Assembly: GCA_964496775.1 (NCBI GenBank)
Contig: CAZCBC010000003.1
Span: 1-41,524, forward strand
Reading direction: 5' to 3'
DNA length: 41,524 nt
From: an uncultured Oscillospiraceae bacterium
GTDB taxonomy: Bacteria > Bacillota > Clostridia > Christensenellales > Aristaeellaceae
Positions 17,986 to 26,605 of the stretch are shown piece after piece. The translations under genes were made by a program, and so were the position numbers. Position 1 is the first letter of the stretch, and every line of letters begins with the position of its first letter. Under the pieces are notes generated by a model. That model saw nothing but the letters and a program-made list of their open reading frames with translations, was not told the DNA's origin and did no database searches.

Positions 17986-19119
17986 ATGCTGATTCCTGTT
18001 TTGACGGAACCTAATTTACGTAGCTATTTTTGGGCTCAGCAGACAATGGAAGGTATTGTGCAGGAAGCGACCCGGCGCAAATATAAAGTTGTGACATTGA
18101 ATGCAGAATCCTATGAAACGATTGATTATGATGACCTTTTTGGTACTAAAAGGCGTATGCTCATCGTGATTGGAACCTCTATTTCATGGATGCCCAAGGC
18201 ACTTGCGTTTTTTACCGCTCAACAGATTGAATCCATTTTTATCAGCTTTGATCCCGCCGAAACATCGCTGCCCTCCGGCATGGTGCGAATGGATTACGTT
18301 GGAGCACTCCACCATCTGCTTACCTACCTTTCGGTGGACTGTGCACGAAACAAGATCGCCCTGTACGGTTACAACCCCAATTCCTCGGCGGATAATATCA
18401 AATTGCGATTTTTCCAGCGCTGGAAGACGCAGACAGATCACCCTGCAACAGAAGATGTCTTTTATAACCTTGCGAATCTGGAAGCCTGCTATAACCAGTT
18501 CCGGCAACACGCAAAACGATTTAATGCGGTAATCTGTGCTAACGATATCGTTGCCGTCTCATTGCTGAGCATGCTCCGGCAGGATGGTATACGCGTCCCC
18601 GAGGATCTTTTTGTTACAGCTTTCGGAGATTCAAAAATATCAGAACGGGTCAATCCGCCGCTGACCATTGCTACACTGGATCATCCCGAGATGGGACGTC
18701 AGGCGGTCCTCCTGTTTTCGCATCTAAACAAAGTACCTGCCACAGCCAGCGTATCTGCACGCGTACATAGCAAGTTAATCATACGCGCCTCCACAGCTTG
18801 TATCGCTGATACTACAGCAAACACGCTACCCAGCAGCGACGCGGATGCGTTTGAAAATACCATTAACTTTTACAGTGACCCCGAGGCAGAGCAGCTGCTG
18901 CGTGCAGAGATGCTGTTAAATGCCTGCGACGCAACAGACATGCAGCTGATCACGGGGCTACTTGAGGGTGTATCGCTAAACAGCATGGAGCAGGAACTAT
19001 ATCTTACCGCATCTGCCCTGCAGTACCGAAAAAAGCGGCTAATGAATCTGGTAGGGTGTTCGCATACATCAGAATTTATTGATTTTCTTATGTTTTGCCG
19101 CGGGAAACACGTGATATAG
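17986..19119 (+). CDS. Transcriptional regulator with a LacI/PBP1-type sugar-binding domain and a C-terminal GerE/LuxR-like HTH (no N-terminal HTH)
   Basis: Body motifs are typical of LacI-family effector domains ('AVICANDIVAVSLLSMLRQDGIRVPEDLFVTAFGD'). The C-terminus 'DMQLITGLLEGVSLNSMEQELYLTASALQYRKKRLMNLVGCSHTSEF' aligns by eye with the LuxR HTH of 38227-39309. The ORF-track extension to 17854 has no RBS and reads like non-coding sequence. Confidence 0.6.
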   Translation: MLIPVLTEPNLRSYFWAQQTMEGIVQEATRRKYKVVTLNAESYETIDYDDLFGTKRRMLIVIGTSISWMPKALAFFTAQQIESIFISFDPAETSLPSGMVRMDYVGALHHLLTYLSVDCARNKIALYGYNPNSSADNIKLRFFQRWKTQTDHPATEDVFYNLANLEACYNQFRQHAKRFNAVICANDIVAVSLLSMLRQDGIRVPEDLFVTAFGDSKISERVNPPLTIATLDHPEMGRQAVLLFSHLNKVPATASVSARVHSKLIIRASTACIADTTANTLPSSDADAFENTINFYSDPEAEQLLRAEMLLNACDATDMQLITGLLEGVSLNSMEQELYLTASALQYRKKRLMNLVGCSHTSEFIDFLMFCRGKHVI

Positions 19120-19130
19120 AAAGTATTTTG

Positions 19131-19143
19131 TGGAATAATTCCA
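19131..19143. promoter_or_regulatory. Perfect 13-bp palindrome TGGAAT-A-ATTCCA (candidate operator)
   Basis: Read directly; lies 12 nt after the regulator stop codon. Confidence 0.3.
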
Positions 19144-19216
19144 TAAAATTTAAAACGCGAACTCCCAACAGCAGAAAAGCATTGAAAACAAAGGGAACCG
19201 GATGTCATCTCCAAAG

Positions 19217-19229
19217 ATGGATTATCCAT
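19217..19229. promoter_or_regulatory. Perfect 13-bp palindrome ATGGAT-T-ATCCAT (candidate operator or activator site)
   Basis: Read directly; ends 16 nt upstream of the -35 box of the plus-strand operon promoter. Confidence 0.35.
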
Positions 19230-19244
19230 AGTATTCCTTGGGTG

Positions 19245-19273
19245 TTGCATAAACAAGTCTTTTTCGTTATAAT
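19245..19273 (+). promoter_or_regulatory. SigmaA-type promoter of the plus-strand operon (TTGCAT-17 nt-TATAAT)
   Basis: -35 TTGCAT (19245-19250), exact 17-nt spacer, consensus -10 TATAAT (19268-19273), 35 nt upstream of ATG 19308. Confidence 0.7.
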
Positions 19274-19307
19274 ATACGCAACAGCTATCAGAGCAAGATG
19301 ATACGGT

Positions 19308-20300
19308 ATGAATAATGAGTGGAGAAAGAAGGTTTTTATTTTGACCACGTTTATAAAGAAAAAGAAAGGCTCGCTTTTTAATTCTCCATCCATCAGAAAG
19401 CGTGTTGCGAACAACATCTGGCAGAACCGCTATATTTATATGATGGTAATCCCCGTATTGGTTTATATGGTACTTTTCAAATATCTGCCCATGTATTTTT
19501 TGCGTGCGTCCTTTTACGATTATAAGCTTCTCAAGGGCTTTGAAGGTTCAAAGTATGTAGGTTTAAAATGGTTTGATCGCCTGTTAAGCAGCCCGGAGCT
19601 TTGGCAGTATATTCGAAATACGCTAACGCTAAACTCTTTAAGTCTGTTGATTTGCTTCCCCATGCCGATGGTATTCGCACTGTTGCTTAATGAGGTGCAC
19701 AATAAGCCCTATAAAAAAATTGTGCAGACCGTTTCCTACATGCCTCATTTCATTTCTACGGTTGTTTTGGTCAGCATGATTAACAATATTCTTTCTCCCT
19801 CATTGGGAACACTTGCTAAGATTTATAAGCTTATGGGGAAGACGCCCATCAATTTCCTCTCTAATCCCGATTATTTTTACGGCATCAATATCGTATCCGG
19901 TGTATGGCAGACGGTGGGCTGGAATGCTATTATCTATATTTCTGCCATCTCCAGCATCGACCAAACACTGTATGAGGCGGCGCGCATTGATGGAGCAAAT
20001 CGTTGGAAGCAAACGTTGTATGTAACAATACCCGGAATCCTTCCCACGTTTGTTCTGCTGCTAATTATGCAGATCGGCCAGATGCTCAACTGCGTATTCG
20101 ATAAGATCTATCTGCTGCAGAACACCTTGAACCTGCGGGTTTCGGAGATGTTGCCCACTTATGTATACAAGGTGGGTATAGAAAGCCAAAAGTATGGCTT
20201 AGCAACGGCGGGCGGTCTGTTTAACTCCGTGCTCTCTGTTATATTGGTTCTGATTGCAAACGCTATCAGCAAAAAGGTCTCTGATATCTCGTTGTTCTGA
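19308..20300 (+). CDS. Carbohydrate ABC transporter permease (LplB/MalF-like), set B
   Basis: Multi-TM protein with EAA-loop 'EAARIDGANRWKQTLYVTIP'. Paralogue of 9780-10733. ATG 19308 lacks a clear RBS; in-frame TTG at 19341 follows GGAGAAAGAAGG and is an alternative start. Confidence 0.8.
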   Translation: MNNEWRKKVFILTTFIKKKKGSLFNSPSIRKRVANNIWQNRYIYMMVIPVLVYMVLFKYLPMYFLRASFYDYKLLKGFEGSKYVGLKWFDRLLSSPELWQYIRNTLTLNSLSLLICFPMPMVFALLLNEVHNKPYKKIVQTVSYMPHFISTVVLVSMINNILSPSLGTLAKIYKLMGKTPINFLSNPDYFYGINIVSGVWQTVGWNAIIYISAISSIDQTLYEAARIDGANRWKQTLYVTIPGILPTFVLLLIMQIGQMLNCVFDKIYLLQNTLNLRVSEMLPTYVYKVGIESQKYGLATAGGLFNSVLSVILVLIANAISKKVSDISLF

Positions 20301-21280
20301 TGGAAGGGGGACAAAATATAGTGAAAGATACTGTTCAAATCACCACGGAAAAAAAGATTGTCCTGCGTAAAGCAAAATATGATCAGGATTTTATTAAGCG
20401 CTCCACGGGTGAGAAGGTCTTTAACGTATGCAACCTCTTTCTAATGGCCCTGCTTCTGGTTTTTCTGCTCTATCCGGTGCTGAATGTACTGGCTATCTCC
20501 GTAAGTTCCGAAACAGAGGTTATGGCGGCAAACGTCACCTTCTATCCCATTGGTTTCAATCCTCAGGCGTATACCACCATTTTTAAAGATTCGGAGTTGT
20601 GGCGTTCCATCCTCAACAGTGCAACTGTGGCCTTCGGCGGCTGTGTTCTGAGCTTGATAGCATTGTGCATTGCGGCGTATCCGCTGGCCTATGCTCAGTT
20701 TTATGGTAAAAAACTGTACTCCATTATCATCATGTTTACCATGTGGTTTCAAGGCGGTATCGTGCCATTGTTTTTGACAATCCAGAAGCTAGGCCTGTAT
20801 GATTCGCTTTGGGCGCTTGTGCTGAACGGGCTGATCAGCGCTTACAATGTTGTAATCATCCGCAGTTATTTCAACTCAATTCCCTTCTCCGTTGTAGAAA
20901 GTGCCCGAATTGACGGCGCAAACGACTTTACTATCCTATTTAGGCTGATTGTTCCCTTATCTAAACCTGTGCTGGCAACCGTTGCGCTGTGGGTGATAGT
21001 CGGCCACTGGAACGACTACATGAATCCTTTAATTTTGATTTCCAGCACCAAAAATCATACTCTGCAGCTAAAGCTAAAATCCTTGGTTTTGGCAGCGGAA
21101 AGCTCCACCAGTAACCTAACCACGTTAAGTCAGACTACCGCCCACAAGGGCGTTGCAGCGCTTAGCACACAGGTTAAAAACGCAGTACTGGTCGTCTCCA
21201 TGGTTCCCATGATTTCTATTTATCCCTTTATCCAGCGGTATTTTATATCTGGCGTTATGCTGGGCGCTGTCAAGGGATAA
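20300..21280 (+). CDS. Carbohydrate ABC transporter permease (LplC/MalG-like), set B
   Basis: Carries EAA-loop 'ESARIDGANDFTILFRLIVPL'. Paralogue of 8846-9763. The ATG overlaps the upstream stop (TGATG). GTG at 20321 with a GAAGGGGGA RBS is an alternative start. Confidence 0.8.
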   Translation: MEGGQNIVKDTVQITTEKKIVLRKAKYDQDFIKRSTGEKVFNVCNLFLMALLLVFLLYPVLNVLAISVSSETEVMAANVTFYPIGFNPQAYTTIFKDSELWRSILNSATVAFGGCVLSLIALCIAAYPLAYAQFYGKKLYSIIIMFTMWFQGGIVPLFLTIQKLGLYDSLWALVLNGLISAYNVVIIRSYFNSIPFSVVESARIDGANDFTILFRLIVPLSKPVLATVALWVIVGHWNDYMNPLILISSTKNHTLQLKLKSLVLAAESSTSNLTTLSQTTAHKGVAALSTQVKNAVLVVSMVPMISIYPFIQRYFISGVMLGAVKG

Positions 21281-21343
21281 GACAAGTGAGTTTTTGCGGG
21301 TTAAGCCCGTAAGAATATAAAATAAAAAGGAGGCTCTGTTATC

Positions 21344-22990
21344 ATGAAAAAAATCCTTTCTCTGATTCTGGCTCTTGCATTGTTCCTAAGCGTTGCCCCC
21401 GCCTTTGCTACCAGTACCGACGCAGTCGGTGGTCTGGAAGCAAACTGGTGGGTAGACGCAGATGTGCAGAAGAGCACCGAGTTCTATGTGGACGGAGGCC
21501 TGAACGTTAAGATGGTCGGCATCCACTACAACCAGTATCCCACCACTTTTGACGGCGGCTACTATTTCCCCACCATCGAAAAAATGACGGGTGTACATTT
21601 TGACATTGACTGGCGCACAAGCGACGGGTATGCTGCTGTGGTTTCCACCATCCTTGCCGGCGGCGTAAACAATCTGCCCGACGTCATTCAACCCGGCGCG
21701 TTCGGCATTGCCGGTCTGGCTGAGGAAGGCGCCATCATTCCGCTGGACGATTATCTGGATCTCATCCCCAACGTGGTTGCGGCTGTAGGTGAAGACCGTA
21801 TGAATAACTGGCGTTCCGCTGACGGTCATGTTTACGCCATTCCCACCATTGTCAACGTTCCCGGTTCTCAGAGCATGACCTACCGCAAGGACTGGGCCCT
21901 TAAATTAAAGGAAATGGGCGTAATCGACTTTGAGACCCCCGAAACCTGGGAACAGTGGAAGGCCTTCTGGTATGGCGTGCGTGACAACGATGTCAACGGT
22001 AACGGTGACAGCGCTGACGAGATACCGTTGGTTCTGGAAACAGGCGAAACTGGCGAGCGTTCGCTGCATGCCCTGCTGAACGCATTCGGTATCAAGGCTT
22101 CCAGTGACGCGCAGTTCTGCGTGCTGGAAGACGGCACCTACACCATGGTCTATGAGCATCCCAACTATAAGGACTTCCTGACTGAGGTTCAGAAACTGTA
22201 TGCTGATGGTATCATTGACCCTGAGTTTGTAACCCGCAAGCAGGCTGATATGTACAACACCATGTCCGCCAACATCTGCGCTTCGTGCTTTACGTGGGCA
22301 CAGATGTCTCAGACTCATACCGAGGAACTGTGGACCATGGGCATTAAGGATGCGTTGTTTGAATGCTGCGCCCCCATCACCGGCCCCCATGGCGATTCTT
22401 GGCTTCAGGAACGCAACGCTGTTACCAGGCTGAACTGCATTACTGCTAAGGCGAAAGCCGACGGCAAGGTGGAAGATATCCTGAAGTTCTTCAACTGGCA
22501 GTTCTCCAAGGAAGGCGTTATGCTGTACAACTACGGCATTGAGGGCTTAACCTATACCATGGTTGATGATGTACCTACTCTGAATTTGGATATCGTGAAG
22601 AACGGCTTTACCGATTATCGCACCATCGGCATGGAGTGTGAACCCTTTGGCGGTTTGTGGGAAACCAACGCTTTCATGCAATGTCTGTTTGCTGGTGAAA
22701 CCCTTGAGAATCTGAATGCTGCGTATAAATCCTTCTGGAACGGCCTCAACAGCGAGGGTGTAAACAAGGGTCACTACTACCCGATGCCCCCCACACTGGA
22801 GACCGAAGCGTACATTGAGTACCGCGGTGAGTTGATTATCGGTTCCTCCGGCATCTGCACTCTGCGTGACCAATGCATAGCTGGTCAGCTGTCCGTGGAC
22901 GACTTCTTTACGAAGTACGAAGAGCTGAAGGGACGCGGCCTGCAAGAGATCATCGACGAAGGCAACGAAGCTTATCAGCTGATCAAGTAA
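21344..22990 (+). CDS. ABC transporter extracellular solute-binding protein (large LplA-like), set B
   Basis: 548 aa. Signal peptide 'MKKILSLILALALFLSVAPAFATS' with no lipobox Cys. AAGGAGG RBS. Follows the two permease genes. Confidence 0.8.
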   Translation: MKKILSLILALALFLSVAPAFATSTDAVGGLEANWWVDADVQKSTEFYVDGGLNVKMVGIHYNQYPTTFDGGYYFPTIEKMTGVHFDIDWRTSDGYAAVVSTILAGGVNNLPDVIQPGAFGIAGLAEEGAIIPLDDYLDLIPNVVAAVGEDRMNNWRSADGHVYAIPTIVNVPGSQSMTYRKDWALKLKEMGVIDFETPETWEQWKAFWYGVRDNDVNGNGDSADEIPLVLETGETGERSLHALLNAFGIKASSDAQFCVLEDGTYTMVYEHPNYKDFLTEVQKLYADGIIDPEFVTRKQADMYNTMSANICASCFTWAQMSQTHTEELWTMGIKDALFECCAPITGPHGDSWLQERNAVTRLNCITAKAKADGKVEDILKFFNWQFSKEGVMLYNYGIEGLTYTMVDDVPTLNLDIVKNGFTDYRTIGMECEPFGGLWETNAFMQCLFAGETLENLNAAYKSFWNGLNSEGVNKGHYYPMPPTLETEAYIEYRGELIIGSSGICTLRDQCIAGQLSVDDFFTKYEELKGRGLQEIIDEGNEAYQLIK

Positions 22991-23013
22991 TTACATAATA
23001 GAAACCACATTAA

Positions 23014-23043
23014 GGGGATTCCGCTCTTCGGAGAGGAATCCCC
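23014..23043 (+). terminator. Intra-operon stem-loop after the SBP gene (9 bp + 3 bp stem, UUCG loop; no U-tract)
   Basis: GGGGATTCC-g-CTC-TTCG-GAG-a-GGAATCCCC read directly, 24 nt after the SBP stop. It is followed by CCTCTTGG, not a T-run, so it is more likely an attenuating or mRNA-stabilising element than a full terminator. Confidence 0.45.
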
Positions 23044-23068
23044 CCCTCTTGGCAAAAGAAAGGAAGGA

Positions 23069-25042
23069 ATGGTTTTCTTGAGTAGCGTCACCCTGCAGAA
23101 GCAGCGCTATCAAATGGCAGATCTTGGGTCGACTGACCAGTTGCCGGATCTTCACAATGTATCCTATGTTCATTCCACCGTGTTATGGGACGATTCTCTT
23201 ACCGAAAATGATACGCGCTATGTGCGTTACGGACGGATCTCCAGCATCCTGCCATACATGAACCAGAGCAGATATAACCGTGAAAAGCATGATGTACAAA
23301 AGGATGCGGTCATTTTAGAAAATGAGCGCGTACGGGCAGAGTTTTTGCCGTGGATGGGCGGCAGAATGTGGTCGCTGCAAGTGGATGGCCGGGAACTGTT
23401 AAGCAGAAATCCCGTGGTTCAGCCTTGCAATCTGGCGTTGCGAAACGCTTGGTGCAGCGGGGGCGTTGAATGGAATGTTTCTGTTCGTGGACACAGTTTG
23501 CTGACCTGTGAAACCCTTTTTACAGAGCTACTGCACCTGAAAGATGGAACGGCTGGCGTACGTTTTTACGAATATGAGCGCCTGCGGGGGATTGTATACC
23601 GGTTGGAGGCGTATTTGCCCCCCCAAAGCAGTTTTCTTTATGTACAGGTACATATTGAAAATCCCGTGGGAAATGGAGAGGTTCCCATGTATTGGTGGAG
23701 CAACATCGCTGTGCCGGAAGAAAAAGGCACAAGAATCGTTGTGCCTGCCGATACAGCGATCCTGAGCCTGTACGACGCCGGTCAATACCGTATGTTGCGA
23801 CACAAGTTGCCGGTCTTTGAAGGAATGAATTTAACCCGACCGTGCGATATAACGCGATCCTTTGACGTTTTTTTTGACCTTCGAGAAGGAGAATATCCTT
23901 TCATTACTGCACTGCAAAGCGATCATACCGGACTAGTTCAATGCTCTACTGCACGTCAGTTCGGTCGAAAGCTTTTTGTTTGGGGAATGGGCCAGGGTGG
24001 TCGCAATTGGCAGCGATTCCTATCAGATGGGGATACTCGGTACTTGGAGATTCAGGCAGGAATTGCCCGGACGCAACAGGATCATCTACCCATGCCGGAT
24101 GGCGCCACTTGGAAATGGCTGGAGGCCTATGGCAGGTTAACCTGCGATGTGGATACGCTTGACCATACCGACGCAGTCCTTAAATGCCGGGATGCGTTGG
24201 AGGCAGCGCTTCCTTTTGAACAATTGAACGCTGAGCACCAAGGAAGAGGTGTTGAAATTTCGCAGGCATACGGAGAACTGGTTGTGTACGGTTCCGGCTG
24301 GGGTGCCTTGGAGAACGAGCGACGGACAGCTGAGGGGTTGGAGGCACTGTCTGCTGTGTGCCGCTTCCCGGACAGCACCATCGGGAAGGAACAGGCGCCA
24401 TGGAAACAACTTCTGCAAACTGGACGGTTTGACGATATGGAACCTTCGGAGTTTCCAATATCGTATATGATCGCTGCGCCTTGGAAAGCACTACTAAAGA
24501 ATGTACCAGCAAATGCTGCAACTTGTTACCATCTGGCAATCATGGAGCATTGTCAAGGAAATAGTGATAAGGCCAGGGCACTGCTCGACCGCAGCCTATC
24601 GTACTATTCTAGTGCCGCTGCACACAGAGCCTTAGCGCGATTAGATTACCTGGACGGTCAAAAAGAAGCCTGCCTTAAGCAGTATCATGAGGCACTGCAA
24701 TTGTCCGGGGCAATGCCTGAGTTAGAACTGGAGTATGCGCAGACCCTACTGGCTTTTGGCAAGTACGGTGAATTGCTCGCGTTTATGGACGAACTGCCGC
24801 AGGCAGTTCGGGATTTACCGCGCTTTTTGTATCTACGCGCCTCGGCATTGACGGAAACGAGACGCTATGAGGATGCGGAAGAAATCCTCCTTCGTCCCCT
24901 AGTTATCCCGGATATGCGGGAAGGCGAGTTAAGCCTTTGTGATCTGTGGTTCCATTTGTATATGAAAAAGGAAAACTTGACTCGACAGCAGGTGGAAGAA
25001 AAGTATCCGCTCCCCAAGGAATTGGATTTCAGAATGCATTGA
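23069..25042 (+). CDS. DUF5107-like domain + TPR repeats, copy B (short form)
   Basis: 657 aa. Carries 'WCSGGVEWNVS', 'MYWWSNIAVPE' and 'LFVWGMGQGG', collinear with copy A. The C-terminal ~170 aa are TPR-like. The start is uncertain (ATG 23069 abuts the RBS; TTG 23078 is possible). Confidence 0.6.
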   Translation: MVFLSSVTLQKQRYQMADLGSTDQLPDLHNVSYVHSTVLWDDSLTENDTRYVRYGRISSILPYMNQSRYNREKHDVQKDAVILENERVRAEFLPWMGGRMWSLQVDGRELLSRNPVVQPCNLALRNAWCSGGVEWNVSVRGHSLLTCETLFTELLHLKDGTAGVRFYEYERLRGIVYRLEAYLPPQSSFLYVQVHIENPVGNGEVPMYWWSNIAVPEEKGTRIVVPADTAILSLYDAGQYRMLRHKLPVFEGMNLTRPCDITRSFDVFFDLREGEYPFITALQSDHTGLVQCSTARQFGRKLFVWGMGQGGRNWQRFLSDGDTRYLEIQAGIARTQQDHLPMPDGATWKWLEAYGRLTCDVDTLDHTDAVLKCRDALEAALPFEQLNAEHQGRGVEISQAYGELVVYGSGWGALENERRTAEGLEALSAVCRFPDSTIGKEQAPWKQLLQTGRFDDMEPSEFPISYMIAAPWKALLKNVPANAATCYHLAIMEHCQGNSDKARALLDRSLSYYSSAAAHRALARLDYLDGQKEACLKQYHEALQLSGAMPELELEYAQTLLAFGKYGELLAFMDELPQAVRDLPRFLYLRASALTETRRYEDAEEILLRPLVIPDMREGELSLCDLWFHLYMKKENLTRQQVEEKYPLPKELDFRMH

Positions 25043-25170
25043 GTGAAAATCGTTAACAGAGTGCCGTATCCATGACACAGTACAGAAGCAAATCAATGAT
25101 ACAGTCAATATATGGGGCTGTACACCACTTCTGTTTATAATTAATTAGCTGAGAAAGAAAGGTAAGCGAA

Positions 25171-26601
25171 ATGCTTGATTTAAGCCGTCGCCCACGCATG
25201 GGACTACTGCTGATTTCCCCCGAGCGGTTTGCCGTAATTGGAGAGGGAACCGTCCGCGGCTCCTACAAAGAACGCAAGGAAGCGGAAGCCGCTTGGATGG
25301 TAAAAGAAGCTTCCGCCATCGCAGATGTGACTTTTACCGGAATCACATGGAATCGGGAACACGTACAGCGTTCCATTGATGCCTTTACAGCTGCCAAGGT
25401 GGATTATGTGTTGGCAATTTACCTATCTTGGGCGGAGGACTTTGCATGGATCCGTTTCCTGCGTGATATGCCGGAATGTCCGATATTGTTCTGCCATCGG
25501 ATGCGCGACCAAATTGAGTTGAAGGACACGCACGATGATGACGAGTTTGCGGAATACCTGTGCTGTGGCGGATTGGTTGGTTCGCTGGAAGCCAGCGGTT
25601 CCATCAAACGTTTTAACAGAAAAATGTTAGTCACCTTTGTGGGAACGTGGACGCAGATTCTTGAACGTGCAAAGCGTTTCGGAGCGGCAGCCCGCGCCCG
25701 AGCCCTGCTGCGGCAGAGTACATTTGGTCTGCTGGCCTGTATGAATGAGGTCATGTGGAGTACCTACGTAGATATCTATGCCCTTTTTCGGGACATTGGT
25801 CCGGAAATGCGTTTTCTGTCCGTAGCTGAACTGGAAAATACGGTAGATGCCGTTTCTCATGAGGATGCAATGACTACCATGAAACGTATTGCATCACAGT
25901 ATGAGGTGTTACCAAATGTAGATGAAGACAAATTTCTTGCTTCCGTACGGGCTTCCATGGGCATGGAACGCATGGCAGAGAAGTATAACCTTGACTTGTT
26001 GGTGCTTAACGATATTGATACAGTATTGTTTCAGCACATCGGATTGAGGCCGGGTTTCTGGCCGACCCATCCTGACGTAAGAACCATGGTAGTTCCCGAG
26101 GGTGATATCGGAAGCGGAGTTGCCTTTGCCGCACTCAAACTACTGGGCGGCGGACATGTCAACTATATTGAGCCTTTCCATGTCGATCTGCCAAGCGGCC
26201 GCTTTGACGCAGGACACGCTGGTCCAAACGACTACACGGATCCCCGGGGCAAATGCAAAATCTCTTCAGACGTACGCTTTGCCAAAACCAAATGGAAATA
26301 CGCAGGTGCGCCGTTTGCATGGTATGTTTTCCCTGAGGGACGTAAAACCATGCTACATTGTTCACAGCAAACCGGCAAGTTCCAGATGGTGGTAACGCAG
26401 GTAGAAGCCACACCCACAGAGCATTTTTTGGCAACCTATTCTCACAGTCATTTCAAGCCGATAGGCGAGGACTGTACGGCACTGTTCAGTAGACTGTTGG
26501 AGCGTGGCGTTACACAACATTACTGCATTACAGACGGCGATTTGACCGGTGCGGTCGAGGACCTGGCCATGATGCTCGGCTGCGAATTTGAGGAGGTATA
26601 A
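25171..26601 (+). CDS. L-fucose/L-arabinose isomerase-family sugar isomerase-like protein
   Basis: 476 aa. The overall pattern resembles the FucI/AraA-related family: an N-terminal Rossmann-like 'RMGLLLISPERF' segment, then 'VVPEGDIGSGVAF', 'YIEPFHVD' and 'DAGHAGPNDY' in the C-terminal part. Assignment is by eye only. Confidence 0.5.
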   Translation: MLDLSRRPRMGLLLISPERFAVIGEGTVRGSYKERKEAEAAWMVKEASAIADVTFTGITWNREHVQRSIDAFTAAKVDYVLAIYLSWAEDFAWIRFLRDMPECPILFCHRMRDQIELKDTHDDDEFAEYLCCGGLVGSLEASGSIKRFNRKMLVTFVGTWTQILERAKRFGAAARARALLRQSTFGLLACMNEVMWSTYVDIYALFRDIGPEMRFLSVAELENTVDAVSHEDAMTTMKRIASQYEVLPNVDEDKFLASVRASMGMERMAEKYNLDLLVLNDIDTVLFQHIGLRPGFWPTHPDVRTMVVPEGDIGSGVAFAALKLLGGGHVNYIEPFHVDLPSGRFDAGHAGPNDYTDPRGKCKISSDVRFAKTKWKYAGAPFAWYVFPEGRKTMLHCSQQTGKFQMVVTQVEATPTEHFLATYSHSHFKPIGEDCTALFSRLLERGVTQHYCITDGDLTGAVEDLAMMLGCEFEEV

Positions 26602-26605
26602 CCAT

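Noticed and set aside
25043-25070. cre-like sequence TGAAAATCGTTAACA downstream of DUF5107-like copy B
   Set aside because: It is one base longer than the TGNAANCGNWWNCA catabolite-responsive-element consensus and cannot be aligned without a gap. It is also not at a promoter.
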